Shown here: positions 9,808 to 19,976 of the stretch, piece by piece | Position numbering within the stretch: position 1 is the first letter of the stretch | Layout: each line of letters begins with the position of its first letter | Position numbers and translations under genes: made by a program | Origin: Actinomycetota bacterium | Lineage (GTDB): Bacteria; Actinomycetota; Acidimicrobiia; Acidimicrobiales; JAMCPL01 | Assembly: GCA_023379675.1 (NCBI GenBank) | Contig: JAMCPL010000008.1 | Location: 30,720 to 94,719 of the forward strand | DNA: 64,000 nt | Direction: 5' to 3' | The notes under the pieces: generated by a model | Told to the model about the DNA's origin: nothing | What the model saw: only the letters and a program-made list of their open reading frames with translations | The model's database searches: none

Positions 9808-11400
9808 CTACCTGCCGAAGCATGCTGGTTGGGTGTGCAGGGGCGCCAACGCTGATGACTTGGTGTAGGGATACCACTTTCCCCCGTCGCAGTTCTGCCA
9901 CGCGCCCTTTTCCCCGTCCAGGTTGCTCTTAGCCGTAGGATTCCACCAGCCGACCTGGTAGCTCGTAGCTGGATAGAAGCTGTAAGGTCCGCTGCGCCAG
10001 GGACCGAACTCTCCCATCGAGGTTTTTGTCGTGATGGAGGGGGGGATCTTGTAGATTCCCCTGGCGAAAGTCTGGGGAGTCAGGTCTGGTCCTGCAGCTT
10101 GCAGCCTGGAGAACAGCTCCAAGGCCATCTTGTAGGCAAGGGCGAAGTAGGGTTCCTGCGGCCGGCCTCCATGATCCGCCAGATGGAACACTTTGAGCGC
10201 TTCGCTCTGTGAAGCGCTTGGCCACTGTCCCGCATCCATGACAAGGGAGTGCTTCGCCTGGGGAGGCGAGATACGGCGCATTAGCGGGTCGAGCCACCAG
10301 TCGAACATCCACTCGGGATAGTACCCCTCTGATGTGGCGGTGGAAGTGAACAGTATAGGTTCCAGCGGATCGCAACCACATATTATCGTAGTGACCCCGT
10401 GGGCTTTCATCTGAGCGATAGCGGTGGAAGCCTGCTGCGATGCCTGCGACACGGAAAGGGCGTAGTTGTCCCTTGCGGCGAAGTTGACGCCACACTGGGA
10501 GGCAAGGCGGCTGGCTATATAGTTGCCATCTGCGGCATACAGCGGATTGTCAGGTATGAGTAGACCGAATACCCGTTTGCGGCTGCGCATACGAGGGGTT
10601 CCCGCAAATATCGCTTTCATGCCGGCCATCCTTTCGCAGATGAAGTTCACAGTGGCCTGATTGTTCTGCGTACCGGTGGGGAAGATTGTGTATTCATAAG
10701 GATAGTACTGTCTCAGCCATGAGTCGGGCATGTAGATGGAACCGAGCGAGATGATGTGCTGTACAGCCAGGTATTGCTCGTACATCTGGGAGGAGAACAT
10801 CGGAAAGGTCAGATCCGCGAAAGCACCGAGTTGCTTTGCGGTGACTGCATCAGCCTGTGCCTGGGGCTGATCGAGCCCCTGGTCTTCGGAAAGGAAGTTC
10901 CCGGTGGCGGTGAAGGGCTTCAGCACCACCTTGCGTCCCCACAGCTCGTAGGTCCGATTGAAGAAGCTGATGTAGGTATGCAGGTCCGCGAGAAATTCCT
11001 TGTCATTGGGCATGGCACTAGTCACCAGGGAAGCTATGGATGCCTGGTCGCTGGAGCTCTCCTTGCGATAGGTGACGGTAATCGTGCTGGTGGTCACGCC
11101 TGGAGAGGTAGCGCCCCCATTGTACCCATGCCAGGCCGGTACGCACGAAGGTGCATATGCCGACCAGGGCACCTGGCGCACACCGGGGCCGCATTGTACT
11201 CCACTCATTGCCCTACCCGGTGCACCGGCCACAGGAACAGGGGTGATGCCTGACGGCAGTTGAGTGGGGGCAAGGTTGCCCTGTGGCGGTCCGGGTGGCA
11301 GCAACTGTAGGATGGCGACTGCCGCCGCTGCAAGCACGATCGGTATGGCATATCGTCTTGCCAGTATCGGGAAAGTGGGGCTGTTCGGTGTAGTGCTCAT
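9808..11400 (-). CDS. ABC transporter substrate-binding protein (type I periplasmic-binding fold, LivJ/K-like)
   Basis: N-terminal hydrophobic anchor, YELWGRKV, LQAAGPDLTPQTF; follows the fused ABC transporter. Confidence 0.75.
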   Translation of the reverse strand: MSTTPNSPTFPILARRYAIPIVLAAAAVAILQLLPPGPPQGNLAPTQLPSGITPVPVAGAPGRAMSGVQCGPGVRQVPWSAYAPSCVPAWHGYNGGATSPGVTTSTITVTYRKESSSDQASIASLVTSAMPNDKEFLADLHTYISFFNRTYELWGRKVVLKPFTATGNFLSEDQGLDQPQAQADAVTAKQLGAFADLTFPMFSSQMYEQYLAVQHIISLGSIYMPDSWLRQYYPYEYTIFPTGTQNNQATVNFICERMAGMKAIFAGTPRMRSRKRVFGLLIPDNPLYAADGNYIASRLASQCGVNFAARDNYALSVSQASQQASTAIAQMKAHGVTTIICGCDPLEPILFTSTATSEGYYPEWMFDWWLDPLMRRISPPQAKHSLVMDAGQWPSASQSEALKVFHLADHGGRPQEPYFALAYKMALELFSRLQAAGPDLTPQTFARGIYKIPPSITTKTSMGEFGPWRSGPYSFYPATSYQVGWWNPTAKSNLDGEKGAWQNCDGGKWYPYTKSSALAPLHTQPACFGR

Positions 11401-11500
11401 ATTCGGCTCCTGCCTTGTGCCATATGACCCGTGTCATGGCATCGGTTCGTGCCTCTTACGCCGTTGCCGGCCTCGACCATCCAGCCATTGCTGCCGCTGC

Positions 11501-14500
11501 TCATACGCTGTTCCTAACGCTGGCCGTGGGGGATGCCGAAAGGATCTCTTCACCGCTTCCCAAATATGCTGCAAGTACTGCGGGTGAGTGCAGTACCGAC
11601 TGCACACTTCCTTCGGCGATGATACGTCCCAGATGCAGGCAGATGAGCCTGTCTGCTATGGACGACACCAGCGGTACGTCATGCTCGATGACAATAAGCG
11701 TTGCCCTGGTGTCCTCTGCCACCCCTAGGAGGAGTTCGGCAAGTGCTTCACTCTGTCTCTGGGCGATGCCTGCCGAAGGCTCGTCGAGGAGCAGCACTGA
11801 TGGATCGTGTCCCAGCACACAGGCCAGTTCAAGCATGCGGCGAGTACCGGTGGACAGTTCGGAGACTATGGAATCACGGTAATGAGTGAGACCCATCTGT
11901 GCCATCAACTCGTCGATTCGCCCATGGACCACCCGTTCGGACCTGCGGGCATCTTTCAGGTGTAAGATGTTGGCAAGAGGATCACGTACCGGTACAGTGC
12001 GCTCTATGGCTGCCGCCAGTGCTTCTGACACTGTCATCGAGGGGAACAGCCTGGAGTCCTGAAACACCCTGCCAAGGCCCAGCTCGGCCCGAGCTGGAGG
12101 AGACAACCTGGTGATGTCCTTGCCGTTCAATGCCAGCCGACCGGTATCCAGCTTGGTATAGCCCCCGAAAATGTCAAAGAGGGTGCTCTTGCCTGCTCCA
12201 TTTGCCCCGATGATACCAAGTATCTCACCTTGCTGGACGCTCAGGCTTATATCCTCTATGGCTACCAGCCCTCCGTATGACTTGGAGACGTTCCGCACGG
12301 TGAACGCCTCTGCAGATGCTGCGCCCGGTTGCGGCGCCTGGGCGTTCTGAGCAGTTCCGGGGGGTGGCGCGGTAACCGGTGGCGCGGTAACCCCACCAGC
12401 CCCAGAGGGTCCGGCGCCTTCCGTAGCCCGTCTCTGATCAGACTTCTTCATGGCGTGGATAAACACTGATCTGAGCAGTTCTGGGTGCTTCTCCACACTT
12501 GGAGTCGGTCCGCTGAATCGGATGCGGCCGCGCTCAAAAAATACCGCCCTTTGAGCAACGGCACTGGCTACATTGATCGACTGCTCCACGATCACGAAGG
12601 TCACCCCTGATGCAGCAAGCGATTTCACCGTCTGGAGCAACTGGTCAATTACCTTTGGCGACAGACCAAGCGACATCTCGTCTATCAGCATTAGTATAGG
12701 CCTGCACAGCAACGCCTGGCTTAAGGCGAGCATCTGCTGTTCCCCTCCGGAGAGCTTTCCCGCCTTCATATTTGCCCGTTCGTGCAGGGACCGGAAGACC
12801 GTCAACACTCTTTGAGCGTCAGCCTTCGCAAAGTGCCGGTCATGGTGATGGCGTTTCACGGTCCAGCTTGCAAGCCGCAGGTTCTCAGTAACAGTAAGAG
12901 AGCTGAAAACTCCCTGCCGGGCAGGGACCATTATCATGCCAGAATGCGCCCGCTGGAAGGTGCTCAGCCGAGTTATATCCTGGCCAAGCAGCTCCACCTG
13001 CCCGCGGGTGGTAGGGATGAGCCCGGATACCACTCCAAGAAATGTAGATTTGCCGGAACCGTTGCTCCCCAGTATGGCCACTATCTCGCCCTGGGCGATG
13101 CCCATTCCGGTATTGAAAAGCGCTTGCATACGACCATAGTGAGCGTCTATGCCCTTTGCAGCCAATATTGCCGGCCGCCCACCACTTGGTGGGATGTATC
13201 CCGGAGTGTAACCCTGCCTGCCGCCTACCGGCGTGCCGGTCATACCGTTGGTGGACATTTCAAGGGTTTCCAGCGCCGCCATCTGCAGGGCCGCCCTTGC
13301 GGTCCGTGACTCCTCCGACCGGGTGGCTCGAGTTTCCAGAAGCGCTCGAGTTGGGTGAGTTGCCTGGGCCGTTGTTCCTTGCACGCTGCCCTGACCTGCT
13401 CCAGTGGCTGCCACCCTGCCATCTTGCGTTCCACGCATTTCCGGTTCTCCGGGCGCCCCGTATACCGATTCCGGCCGGGATGAGAGCATGCCTGCCAGAC
13501 GGTTCCTGACCCTGATGGCCACGCCTCCCAGCCCGCTGGGTAGGATCATAAGGAGAACCAGCAGGCCTGCTCCAGTGGCGAAAAGTTGCATGCCACCTTT
13601 CACGAAGTATAGTACTCCTTCCACATAGGCGGCTCCCAGTATGGCGCCGAGCAGTGAGCCCATTCCTCCTATTACGACCATGGTGAATATCTGGATGCTG
13701 TACTGGGGGGGGAATCCTCCAAACGAAATACCACCCAGGGCCACCACGTACAGCCCTCCGGCTATGCTCGCCATCGCGCCTGAGACACCGAAAGCCAGCA
13801 GCTTCACCCTTATAGGGCTTATACTGTAAGCAATTGCGTTCTTCTCGTTGTCACGCACGGCAAGCATTGCCCTGCCGAGTCGTGAGTTCCTCAGGCTCAG
13901 CGCGGCGAGCAGGACAACAGCCAGTACCGCCAGGCACAGCTCGTAGAATGGAAGCGGGGAGACAAGGTTGATTTTTCCAAAGAGTTCCGGGCGACTGATA
14001 CTGCTGGGTGTGATATACGGGAAGTAGCTCGGGCTCAATAGCCAGGTCGACAGCGGCACGGCAAACGCCATGGTGACCACCGCCAGGTACAGCCCCTGGA
14101 AACGCAGTGCAGGAATCCCTATTATACATGCCACGACAGCTCCGGTGATTCCGGCCAGAGCCAGAGCGACGAGTATCTCGACATGAGCATGTACCATCAG
14201 CGATGCCGTAGTAGCGGCGCCGACACCGGCAAAGGCAAACTGACCGAGGCTGATCTGGCCTGCCCAGCCGGACAGCACCACCAGTGAGACTGCGATAATG
14301 CCAAAGATTACGATGTACGAGAGTAGAGTGATCCTTGATGCGTTCAGTAGCGACGGTACCATTATGGCTGCTGCAGCTACGGCTGCGATGGCAATGGCGC
14401 GTCCCACTTTTATCTCCGGCCTCTTACGCAACGCCTCTGGCAGGGGATGCACTTCCTGCACTGCTACGTAGTCGCCCATGCCCTGGTCGGCAACCCTGGT

Positions 14501-15574
14501 ATCACTACGAGCAGAGCGCTTGAGCAGCATGCCTACCACCAGCAACACGAAGAGAGCTACATCGGAGTAGACCGTGGTATGGAAGGACCAGTAGACAGCC
14601 TGCTGCATGATGCCTATGACGAGAGACAATCCCACCGCGACCGGTAGGCTCTCCATGTTTGCCAGCATGGCTGCCACCAGTGGAATCAGCAGATCCGTGG
14701 GTCCTGACGCAACGCCGACGTTTACCCCCAGGATGGGCCCGGAAAGAGTGGCGCCCACTCCTGACAGTAGTGATGCGACCACCCAGGCGGTGATGCTGAG
14801 CCTGCGCACCGGTATACCCAGCAGTGTCGCACGACTTGGCGAGTCGGCTACCGCCCTGATGCCGATTCCGGTATCCGTATGCTTGAGGAATATCCATATT
14901 GCAACCAGGGCGATTGGCACTACGATCCAGGCAGCCAGGTAATTACCGTTGAAGATGAAGGAGCCTACCGATGCCTTGAAGCTGAACGGAACTGAGAAGG
15001 AAGTCACCGACTTCAAGGGTACGAACAGTCTGGGCAGTTCCATTTCGGCGGCCCCGAACATCTGCGCCACCCCGATGGTTGCCACCGTGAGTATCAGCCG
15101 TGGCGCTTTCTCAAATCTTCTGACCACGATGGTGGCTACGAGTATCCCGCTGGCGGCGGCAACGAGCAGGCCTATGGGAACGGCTGCATAGTATGGCAGC
15201 GCTGTCCGGCCGATTACCAGCACAATGGCGGCTGATGCAGCAAGACCGCCGATTACGCCCTGGGAGAAGTTGATTATGCGGGCGGAACGGTAGATGAGTA
15301 TGAGCCCCATGGCCGTCATGGCGCTGAGAGCACCCAGCGACAGGCCTTCCACGGTGACACCGAGGGGCAGGTGGTTTGGCAGGAGGATGGTGACAACCAG
15401 CCATGCGATTGCAATAGCTGCCGGTAGAAGCAGTCTGGCTCCGAGGGGTCCGGTTGCACCCCGGAACCTCGTGGCACCTGAAGACCTGGTTGCATGCCGG
15501 GATCCGGCTGTGTCTGGGAGTGTGGCTGTGTCCTGGGATCCGGTAGTGCCCGACCTTCCCTCTGACGCCTTCAC
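11501..15574 (-). CDS. Fused HAAT-type ABC transporter: permease-permease-ATPase-ATPase (LivH-LivM-LivF-LivG-like)
   Basis: IINFSQG and GQISLGQFAF permease motifs; Walker A GSNGSGKST and GANGAGKST; signatures LSGGEQQM and LSTGTRR. Confidence 0.9.
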   Translation of the reverse strand: MKASEGRSGTTGSQDTATLPDTAGSRHATRSSGATRFRGATGPLGARLLLPAAIAIAWLVVTILLPNHLPLGVTVEGLSLGALSAMTAMGLILIYRSARIINFSQGVIGGLAASAAIVLVIGRTALPYYAAVPIGLLVAAASGILVATIVVRRFEKAPRLILTVATIGVAQMFGAAEMELPRLFVPLKSVTSFSVPFSFKASVGSFIFNGNYLAAWIVVPIALVAIWIFLKHTDTGIGIRAVADSPSRATLLGIPVRRLSITAWVVASLLSGVGATLSGPILGVNVGVASGPTDLLIPLVAAMLANMESLPVAVGLSLVIGIMQQAVYWSFHTTVYSDVALFVLLVVGMLLKRSARSDTRVADQGMGDYVAVQEVHPLPEALRKRPEIKVGRAIAIAAVAAAAIMVPSLLNASRITLLSYIVIFGIIAVSLVVLSGWAGQISLGQFAFAGVGAATTASLMVHAHVEILVALALAGITGAVVACIIGIPALRFQGLYLAVVTMAFAVPLSTWLLSPSYFPYITPSSISRPELFGKINLVSPLPFYELCLAVLAVVLLAALSLRNSRLGRAMLAVRDNEKNAIAYSISPIRVKLLAFGVSGAMASIAGGLYVVALGGISFGGFPPQYSIQIFTMVVIGGMGSLLGAILGAAYVEGVLYFVKGGMQLFATGAGLLVLLMILPSGLGGVAIRVRNRLAGMLSSRPESVYGAPGEPEMRGTQDGRVAATGAGQGSVQGTTAQATHPTRALLETRATRSEESRTARAALQMAALETLEMSTNGMTGTPVGGRQGYTPGYIPPSGGRPAILAAKGIDAHYGRMQALFNTGMGIAQGEIVAILGSNGSGKSTFLGVVSGLIPTTRGQVELLGQDITRLSTFQRAHSGMIMVPARQGVFSSLTVTENLRLASWTVKRHHHDRHFAKADAQRVLTVFRSLHERANMKAGKLSGGEQQMLALSQALLCRPILMLIDEMSLGLSPKVIDQLLQTVKSLAASGVTFVIVEQSINVASAVAQRAVFFERGRIRFSGPTPSVEKHPELLRSVFIHAMKKSDQRRATEGAGPSGAGGVTAPPVTAPPPGTAQNAQAPQPGAASAEAFTVRNVSKSYGGLVAIEDISLSVQQGEILGIIGANGAGKSTLFDIFGGYTKLDTGRLALNGKDITRLSPPARAELGLGRVFQDSRLFPSMTVSEALAAAIERTVPVRDPLANILHLKDARRSERVVHGRIDELMAQMGLTHYRDSIVSELSTGTRRMLELACVLGHDPSVLLLDEPSAGIAQRQSEALAELLLGVAEDTRATLIVIEHDVPLVSSIADRLICLHLGRIIAEGSVQSVLHSPAVLAAYLGSGEEILSASPTASVRNSV

Positions 15575-15869
15575 TTTTCGTCAGCCTTGCTGCTTTTTTC
15601 GGCTAATGCCCTCAATTTTGGCGACACCCTTGCCTGCCCTCACGACCGCACTCCACCTACATACCTACATTCAGGCTCCACCTACATACCTACGCTCCCA
15701 CATCCCTGTACCCACATCTCCGAAACCCGCCACCTGGTATCCCAGCATACACATATCTACTGTGCTGGGTAGCTATTGTTGCAGATTACATTATCAACTG
15801 CGCGACAGTACGCTGTCAATGCTTTCTCATGTAACAGGGTCGGGATGCTTCGGTAACCTTGCCGCCCTA

Positions 15870-16715
15870 TTAGCTCTGCCGCACGATCCGGGTAGGTAGC
15901 ACTCCTATTCCCTCTATCTCCACTTCCACCAGATCACCGTCCGACAGGTAGATTGGGGGTGTACGGCCAGCTCCCACGCCTTCAGGTGTTCCCGTCGAGA
16001 GCACGTCACCAGGCAAGAGCGTCATCGAGCCTGAGATATATGCGAGAATGTCTGGAGCGCGAAATATCATATCCGAAGTGTTGCCGGACTGCATGGTAAT
16101 GCCATTGACCCGAGTCTCCAGATTGAGATTGTAGGGGTCACCCAACTCATCAGGTGTGACAAGCTCGGGACCGGCCGGCGCCGTGCGATCGGCATTCTTA
16201 CCCAGTGTCCATTGTGTCGTAGCATGTTGGTATCCTCTTGCGCTGAGATCGTTAAGGCAGGTATAGCCCAGTATTGCTGTATTGGCCTCTTGCGGACCGA
16301 CATTTTTCAACGTTGCCCCTATTACCACGGCCAGTTCTCCTTCCCAGTCAAGACGCTCATCGCCAGGAGGTATGGGAACTTCGCTGCCCGCACCCGTCAG
16401 GGTCGATGCGAATCTTGCAAAGATCGTTGGTTTGGACGGGAATTCTTTCCCTGACTCCGCGGCATGGCGGGCATAATTGAGTCCTATGCACAGTATTCGC
16501 GAGGTGGTGGGTACCGGCGGCGCCAAGGTGAGCGAATCCAGGTCCAAGATATTCCGGGTCGGAATGGCGTTACCGGTCCCAGCGTTGCGGGCTTCTTCCA
16601 GCGACTCCGGCAGTGCGGTAAAGAAGTCATCAATCTGCCCCAGCGGCACCACCATGTTGCCATGCAGCACTCCTATGCGCCGTCCATCGCTTGCTTCGTA
16701 ACCTACCAACCTCAT
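15870..16715 (-). CDS. Fumarylacetoacetate hydrolase family protein
   Basis: CIGLNYARH, DWEGELAVVIG, NDLSAR, LLPGDVLSTGTPEGVG. Confidence 0.92.
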   Translation of the reverse strand: MRLVGYEASDGRRIGVLHGNMVVPLGQIDDFFTALPESLEEARNAGTGNAIPTRNILDLDSLTLAPPVPTTSRILCIGLNYARHAAESGKEFPSKPTIFARFASTLTGAGSEVPIPPGDERLDWEGELAVVIGATLKNVGPQEANTAILGYTCLNDLSARGYQHATTQWTLGKNADRTAPAGPELVTPDELGDPYNLNLETRVNGITMQSGNTSDMIFRAPDILAYISGSMTLLPGDVLSTGTPEGVGAGRTPPIYLSDGDLVEVEIEGIGVLPTRIVRQS

Positions 16716-16905
16716 CTATGGATTTCCTTCCTGTCCGGTTGCCAGCAGCTCATCCTCGTTCGCGTTATAACCTGCTGGCAGCATTACCGCCTCAGCCAAC
16801 CTGCCACGCATAATGCCAGTATCCACCCATTGGATACATTGCTACATTGCTACCTTGCTACTTGATAAGCTGTCACAACATATGTCAAACATGGGTGATA
16901 CATTG

Positions 16906-17784
16906 CTACCTTGCCACCCACCCACCGTCCACCAGCAGGTCCGTGCCAGTGATAAACGATGCTGATTCCCCGGCAAGGAAGCAGACAGCCTGTGCTATCT
17001 CGTCCGGTTCAGCCCAGCGACCCAGAGCCTGCTCGCTTTCCCTTTCAGCTTTCACCTCATCAAAGGGTAGACCCATCCGCTCTGCCTCCATGGAGATGTC
17101 TCCGCGCAGCATGGCTGTGTCCACTGAGCCAGGGCTTACTGAATTGACCCTGATCCTGTATGGCGCCAGCTCCCAGGCGAGCGCCCTTACCATGGAGATT
17201 ATTGCCCCCTTGGTCGAGCCGTAGAGCGCATGGTCTCGCTGCCCGACATGGCCGGAGACGGACGCCATGCATACTATCGATCCGCCCATTACCTGGATCA
17301 TTATCGGGATCGTGTACTTGCACATCAAGAAAGTGCCTCCCAGGTTGGTGTCTACGACCTTGCGATATTCCTCCCAGGACGTATCCTGGAATGGCTTGAC
17401 GAGCACCACTCCCGCCACGTTGGCCAGTACGTCTATGCGACCGTAATCGGATCCTATACTGGCGAGCACTTTTGAAACTGCATCTTCGTCAGATACATCG
17501 CACTGGTAATACCGCGACACAATAGGTATGTCTGCCGGCTTGGGCGAGGGCGCTGGCGAGGGCGCTGGCGAGGGCGCGGAGGTAGGTGAGGATGAGTACA
17601 TGAGCATGCCTGCAGGCGTGCCGACATCATGCTCATGCCACCCGGCGAGCGCCGCATCTTCTTCCGGGACAATGTCTATCGCTGCGACTGCATATCCGAG
17701 CATGTCCAGGCGTATTGCGGTTGCGCGGCCAATTCCATGAGCCGCTCCGGTCACGACTGCGACCTTTCTGGTCCGCTCATTCAC
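16906..17784 (-). CDS. SDR family NAD(P)-dependent oxidoreductase
   Basis: TGAAHGIG, YGSTK catalytic motif, RVNSVSPG; APSP repeat insertion. Confidence 0.92.
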   Translation of the reverse strand: MNERTRKVAVVTGAAHGIGRATAIRLDMLGYAVAAIDIVPEEDAALAGWHEHDVGTPAGMLMYSSSPTSAPSPAPSPAPSPKPADIPIVSRYYQCDVSDEDAVSKVLASIGSDYGRIDVLANVAGVVLVKPFQDTSWEEYRKVVDTNLGGTFLMCKYTIPIMIQVMGGSIVCMASVSGHVGQRDHALYGSTKGAIISMVRALAWELAPYRIRVNSVSPGSVDTAMLRGDISMEAERMGLPFDEVKAERESEQALGRWAEPDEIAQAVCFLAGESASFITGTDLLVDGGWVAR

Positions 17785-18580
17785 GGATGTATCCTATGCC
17801 AAGTATTTCCCTGGCTTCGGCCGGGGTGGCGACTGGCCTTCCCATGGAACAGCTGAGTTCTGCGGCTTCACGTACAAGCTCATGAGTGGCAAGCAAAGTG
17901 CCATTACGACCGTAGGGGTTGTCTTCCGTTCCTACCCGTATATGGTCGCCCGCTGCCAGGGCACAGGCCAGAAGCTCCATCTGACCCTCTCCCATAATGC
18001 TGACGGTGGCCACAGAGTCTTCGGGGAGATAGCGGCGCCGGTGAAGGTATTCTTCGGGATCAGCTGGCGACCACGTTCCGCCCGGCCAATTGAAGAAGAG
18101 AGTAGTCACAAACGGCGGTGATACAAGGTCGCGCTTGATCAGGTATGCAAGGTTCCATATAGAGCCCGTATGCCATATCTCGAACTCCATCCTTATCCCA
18201 TAGCGAGCGGAAGCGCTTGCGTAGGCCTCAAGCTCATCACGGGTATGCAGTACGTTGGTATTGATGCCTCCAGCGAATGCCTCATCGTGGTGACTCGCTA
18301 TCACCGAGAGCATATCCGTTCCACTTTCCAGCGCCTCCATGCGGGAGTCGAGCGAAAGGCTGGACATGCCGCACTGGATGATGATGTCACTGCGAGAGCG
18401 TACCGCCCTAATCGATTCCGCCCAACTGTCTTCGCCGTGCATATGGAGGACAGCTGCGCCGTTCTCCGCGCAGAGTCCCGCTTCTTCGGCGCGCTCCTCG
18501 GGCGTGCACGGGTAGGGCACTTCGGGATGGAGCCAGCACACATTGGGTGTAGCGGTAATAATGACTGGTGTCTTGTCCAT
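17777..18580 (-). CDS. Beta-keto acid cleavage enzyme (BKACE/DUF849, Kce family)
   Basis: VIITATP, GAAVLHMH metal motif, EFEIW, DHIRVGTEDN, GRPVATPAEAREILG; start at ATG 18580. Confidence 0.9.
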   Translation of the reverse strand: MDKTPVIITATPNVCWLHPEVPYPCTPEERAEEAGLCAENGAAVLHMHGEDSWAESIRAVRSRSDIIIQCGMSSLSLDSRMEALESGTDMLSVIASHHDEAFAGGINTNVLHTRDELEAYASASARYGIRMEFEIWHTGSIWNLAYLIKRDLVSPPFVTTLFFNWPGGTWSPADPEEYLHRRRYLPEDSVATVSIMGEGQMELLACALAAGDHIRVGTEDNPYGRNGTLLATHELVREAAELSCSMGRPVATPAEAREILGIGYIRE

Positions 18581-18633
18581 GTGGCCTACTCTACCGTTAA
18601 TATATAATGATGTGCATACAAGGAGGCTACCGC

Positions 18634-19905
18634 GTGGGCAATAGATTTGTTCCGTTATCATTCGACAAGCACAAGCTGCTCTCCACAATGCAGGAGGTAG
18701 GGATAGGAGCCATGATCCTCACCTCCCCAGAGAACGTGTTCTATGTAACCGGCTATCCGGTACTCACAAGTGCAGGCAACCCCATCCTGCATACTCTTTC
18801 CAATCAGTTTCCTGTTGTGGCATGCATTGACCGTGAGGGCAAGGTCATGCTGGCCTGCTGGCTGGTTTCCACCCTGGGTGCGGACTTTGGCGCTGACGAA
18901 TTGTTGCTCTACCTCGACAGGGAAGGCGCTGCCGGAGAAATTCGTAAACTCGTGGACCATGCAGCTGAGCAGCCAGGGAGGGTAGGCATAGAGTCGACCT
19001 GTCCTTATCATGTGGTGAAGATGTTGGAGGAATCCCTTGGTACAGGCGCTACTGGCGCGGGCAACGCCGGCGTCGATGCCGGGGCCGGTGGGGCTCGCAG
19101 CGTTGCTGCTGAGAGTGATGCGGGAATGGCTGGTACGGCCGGTGGTAGGGGAGATCAAGGTGGCGGGGTCAGCGGGAATAGTAAGGTGGTGCTGGTGGAC
19201 GCACTCATGCTGGATATGAGGGTGGTAAAGAGTGCTGCGGAAATAGCGTTTCTTGAAAACTCCATAAGGATAGTAGAGCGGTCCGTTTCTGAACTGTTCG
19301 GCCTTCTCCGCCCAGGCATGTCGCGCCTCGATCTGATCGGCAAGGCAAAAGAGATCATGGCGGCCAACGGGGCTTCGGGGGTCAGCCATGTCACGGTATC
19401 GTTCGGTAAGGAGAATCCTGAGCTGGCGATAGATGAGACACTCGTCGGTGATCGGCTGGTGACCCTGGATCTCGGTGCTTTCTACCAGGGGTATGCATCC
19501 GATAATCGCCGCTATGCCTATACGGGCACGCCTCCTGCTGCGCTGGTAAAGGCTCATGATATGATGGTGGACATTGTCGATCAAGTGGGTGCGGCTCTGT
19601 GTCCGGGAACTTCAGAGGGCGATATCTTCCAGCTGGCTGCGGAACTCTTCAATCGACACGGCCTTGATCCCTTCTTTGACCATGCAGGCCACCATGTCGG
19701 CCTCCAGACAGAGGAACGCTGGATCACTTCTGCGTCGAAGCGCCCGCTTCAAGTAGGTATGGTCGTCAACATTGAGCTGTACACTCCCGTCGAGGGCATC
19801 GACTTTGTGGGCAACGAGGAGACATTCGTAATTGATGTCTCCGGTTCCCGGCGGATATCGCAGCTTTCCAGGGAGATCATCCCGCTACCCTCAGAGGCCT
19901 GGTAG
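18634..19905 (+). CDS. M24 (Xaa-Pro peptidase/creatinase fold) hydrolase
   Basis: AGGAGG RBS then GTG 18634; ENVFYVTG; metal ligands in DLG, SDN, GHHVG, NIE, EET. Confidence 0.85.
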   Translation: MGNRFVPLSFDKHKLLSTMQEVGIGAMILTSPENVFYVTGYPVLTSAGNPILHTLSNQFPVVACIDREGKVMLACWLVSTLGADFGADELLLYLDREGAAGEIRKLVDHAAEQPGRVGIESTCPYHVVKMLEESLGTGATGAGNAGVDAGAGGARSVAAESDAGMAGTAGGRGDQGGGVSGNSKVVLVDALMLDMRVVKSAAEIAFLENSIRIVERSVSELFGLLRPGMSRLDLIGKAKEIMAANGASGVSHVTVSFGKENPELAIDETLVGDRLVTLDLGAFYQGYASDNRRYAYTGTPPAALVKAHDMMVDIVDQVGAALCPGTSEGDIFQLAAELFNRHGLDPFFDHAGHHVGLQTEERWITSASKRPLQVGMVVNIELYTPVEGIDFVGNEETFVIDVSGSRRISQLSREIIPLPSEAW

Positions 19906-19976
19906 ATGAGCGATAGCGCCTGCCCCGATGCAAGGCGCCACGGGAATGTCGTGTACAGGAAGGGTATGAGGCCGGA

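Noticed and set aside
15640..15770. CCTACATA-rich low-complexity tract upstream of the ABC transporter (similar tracts at 7118-7142 and 16833-16915)
   Set aside because: Irregular slippage-type repeats with no dyad symmetry or constant period; covered by the general insertion-bias finding.
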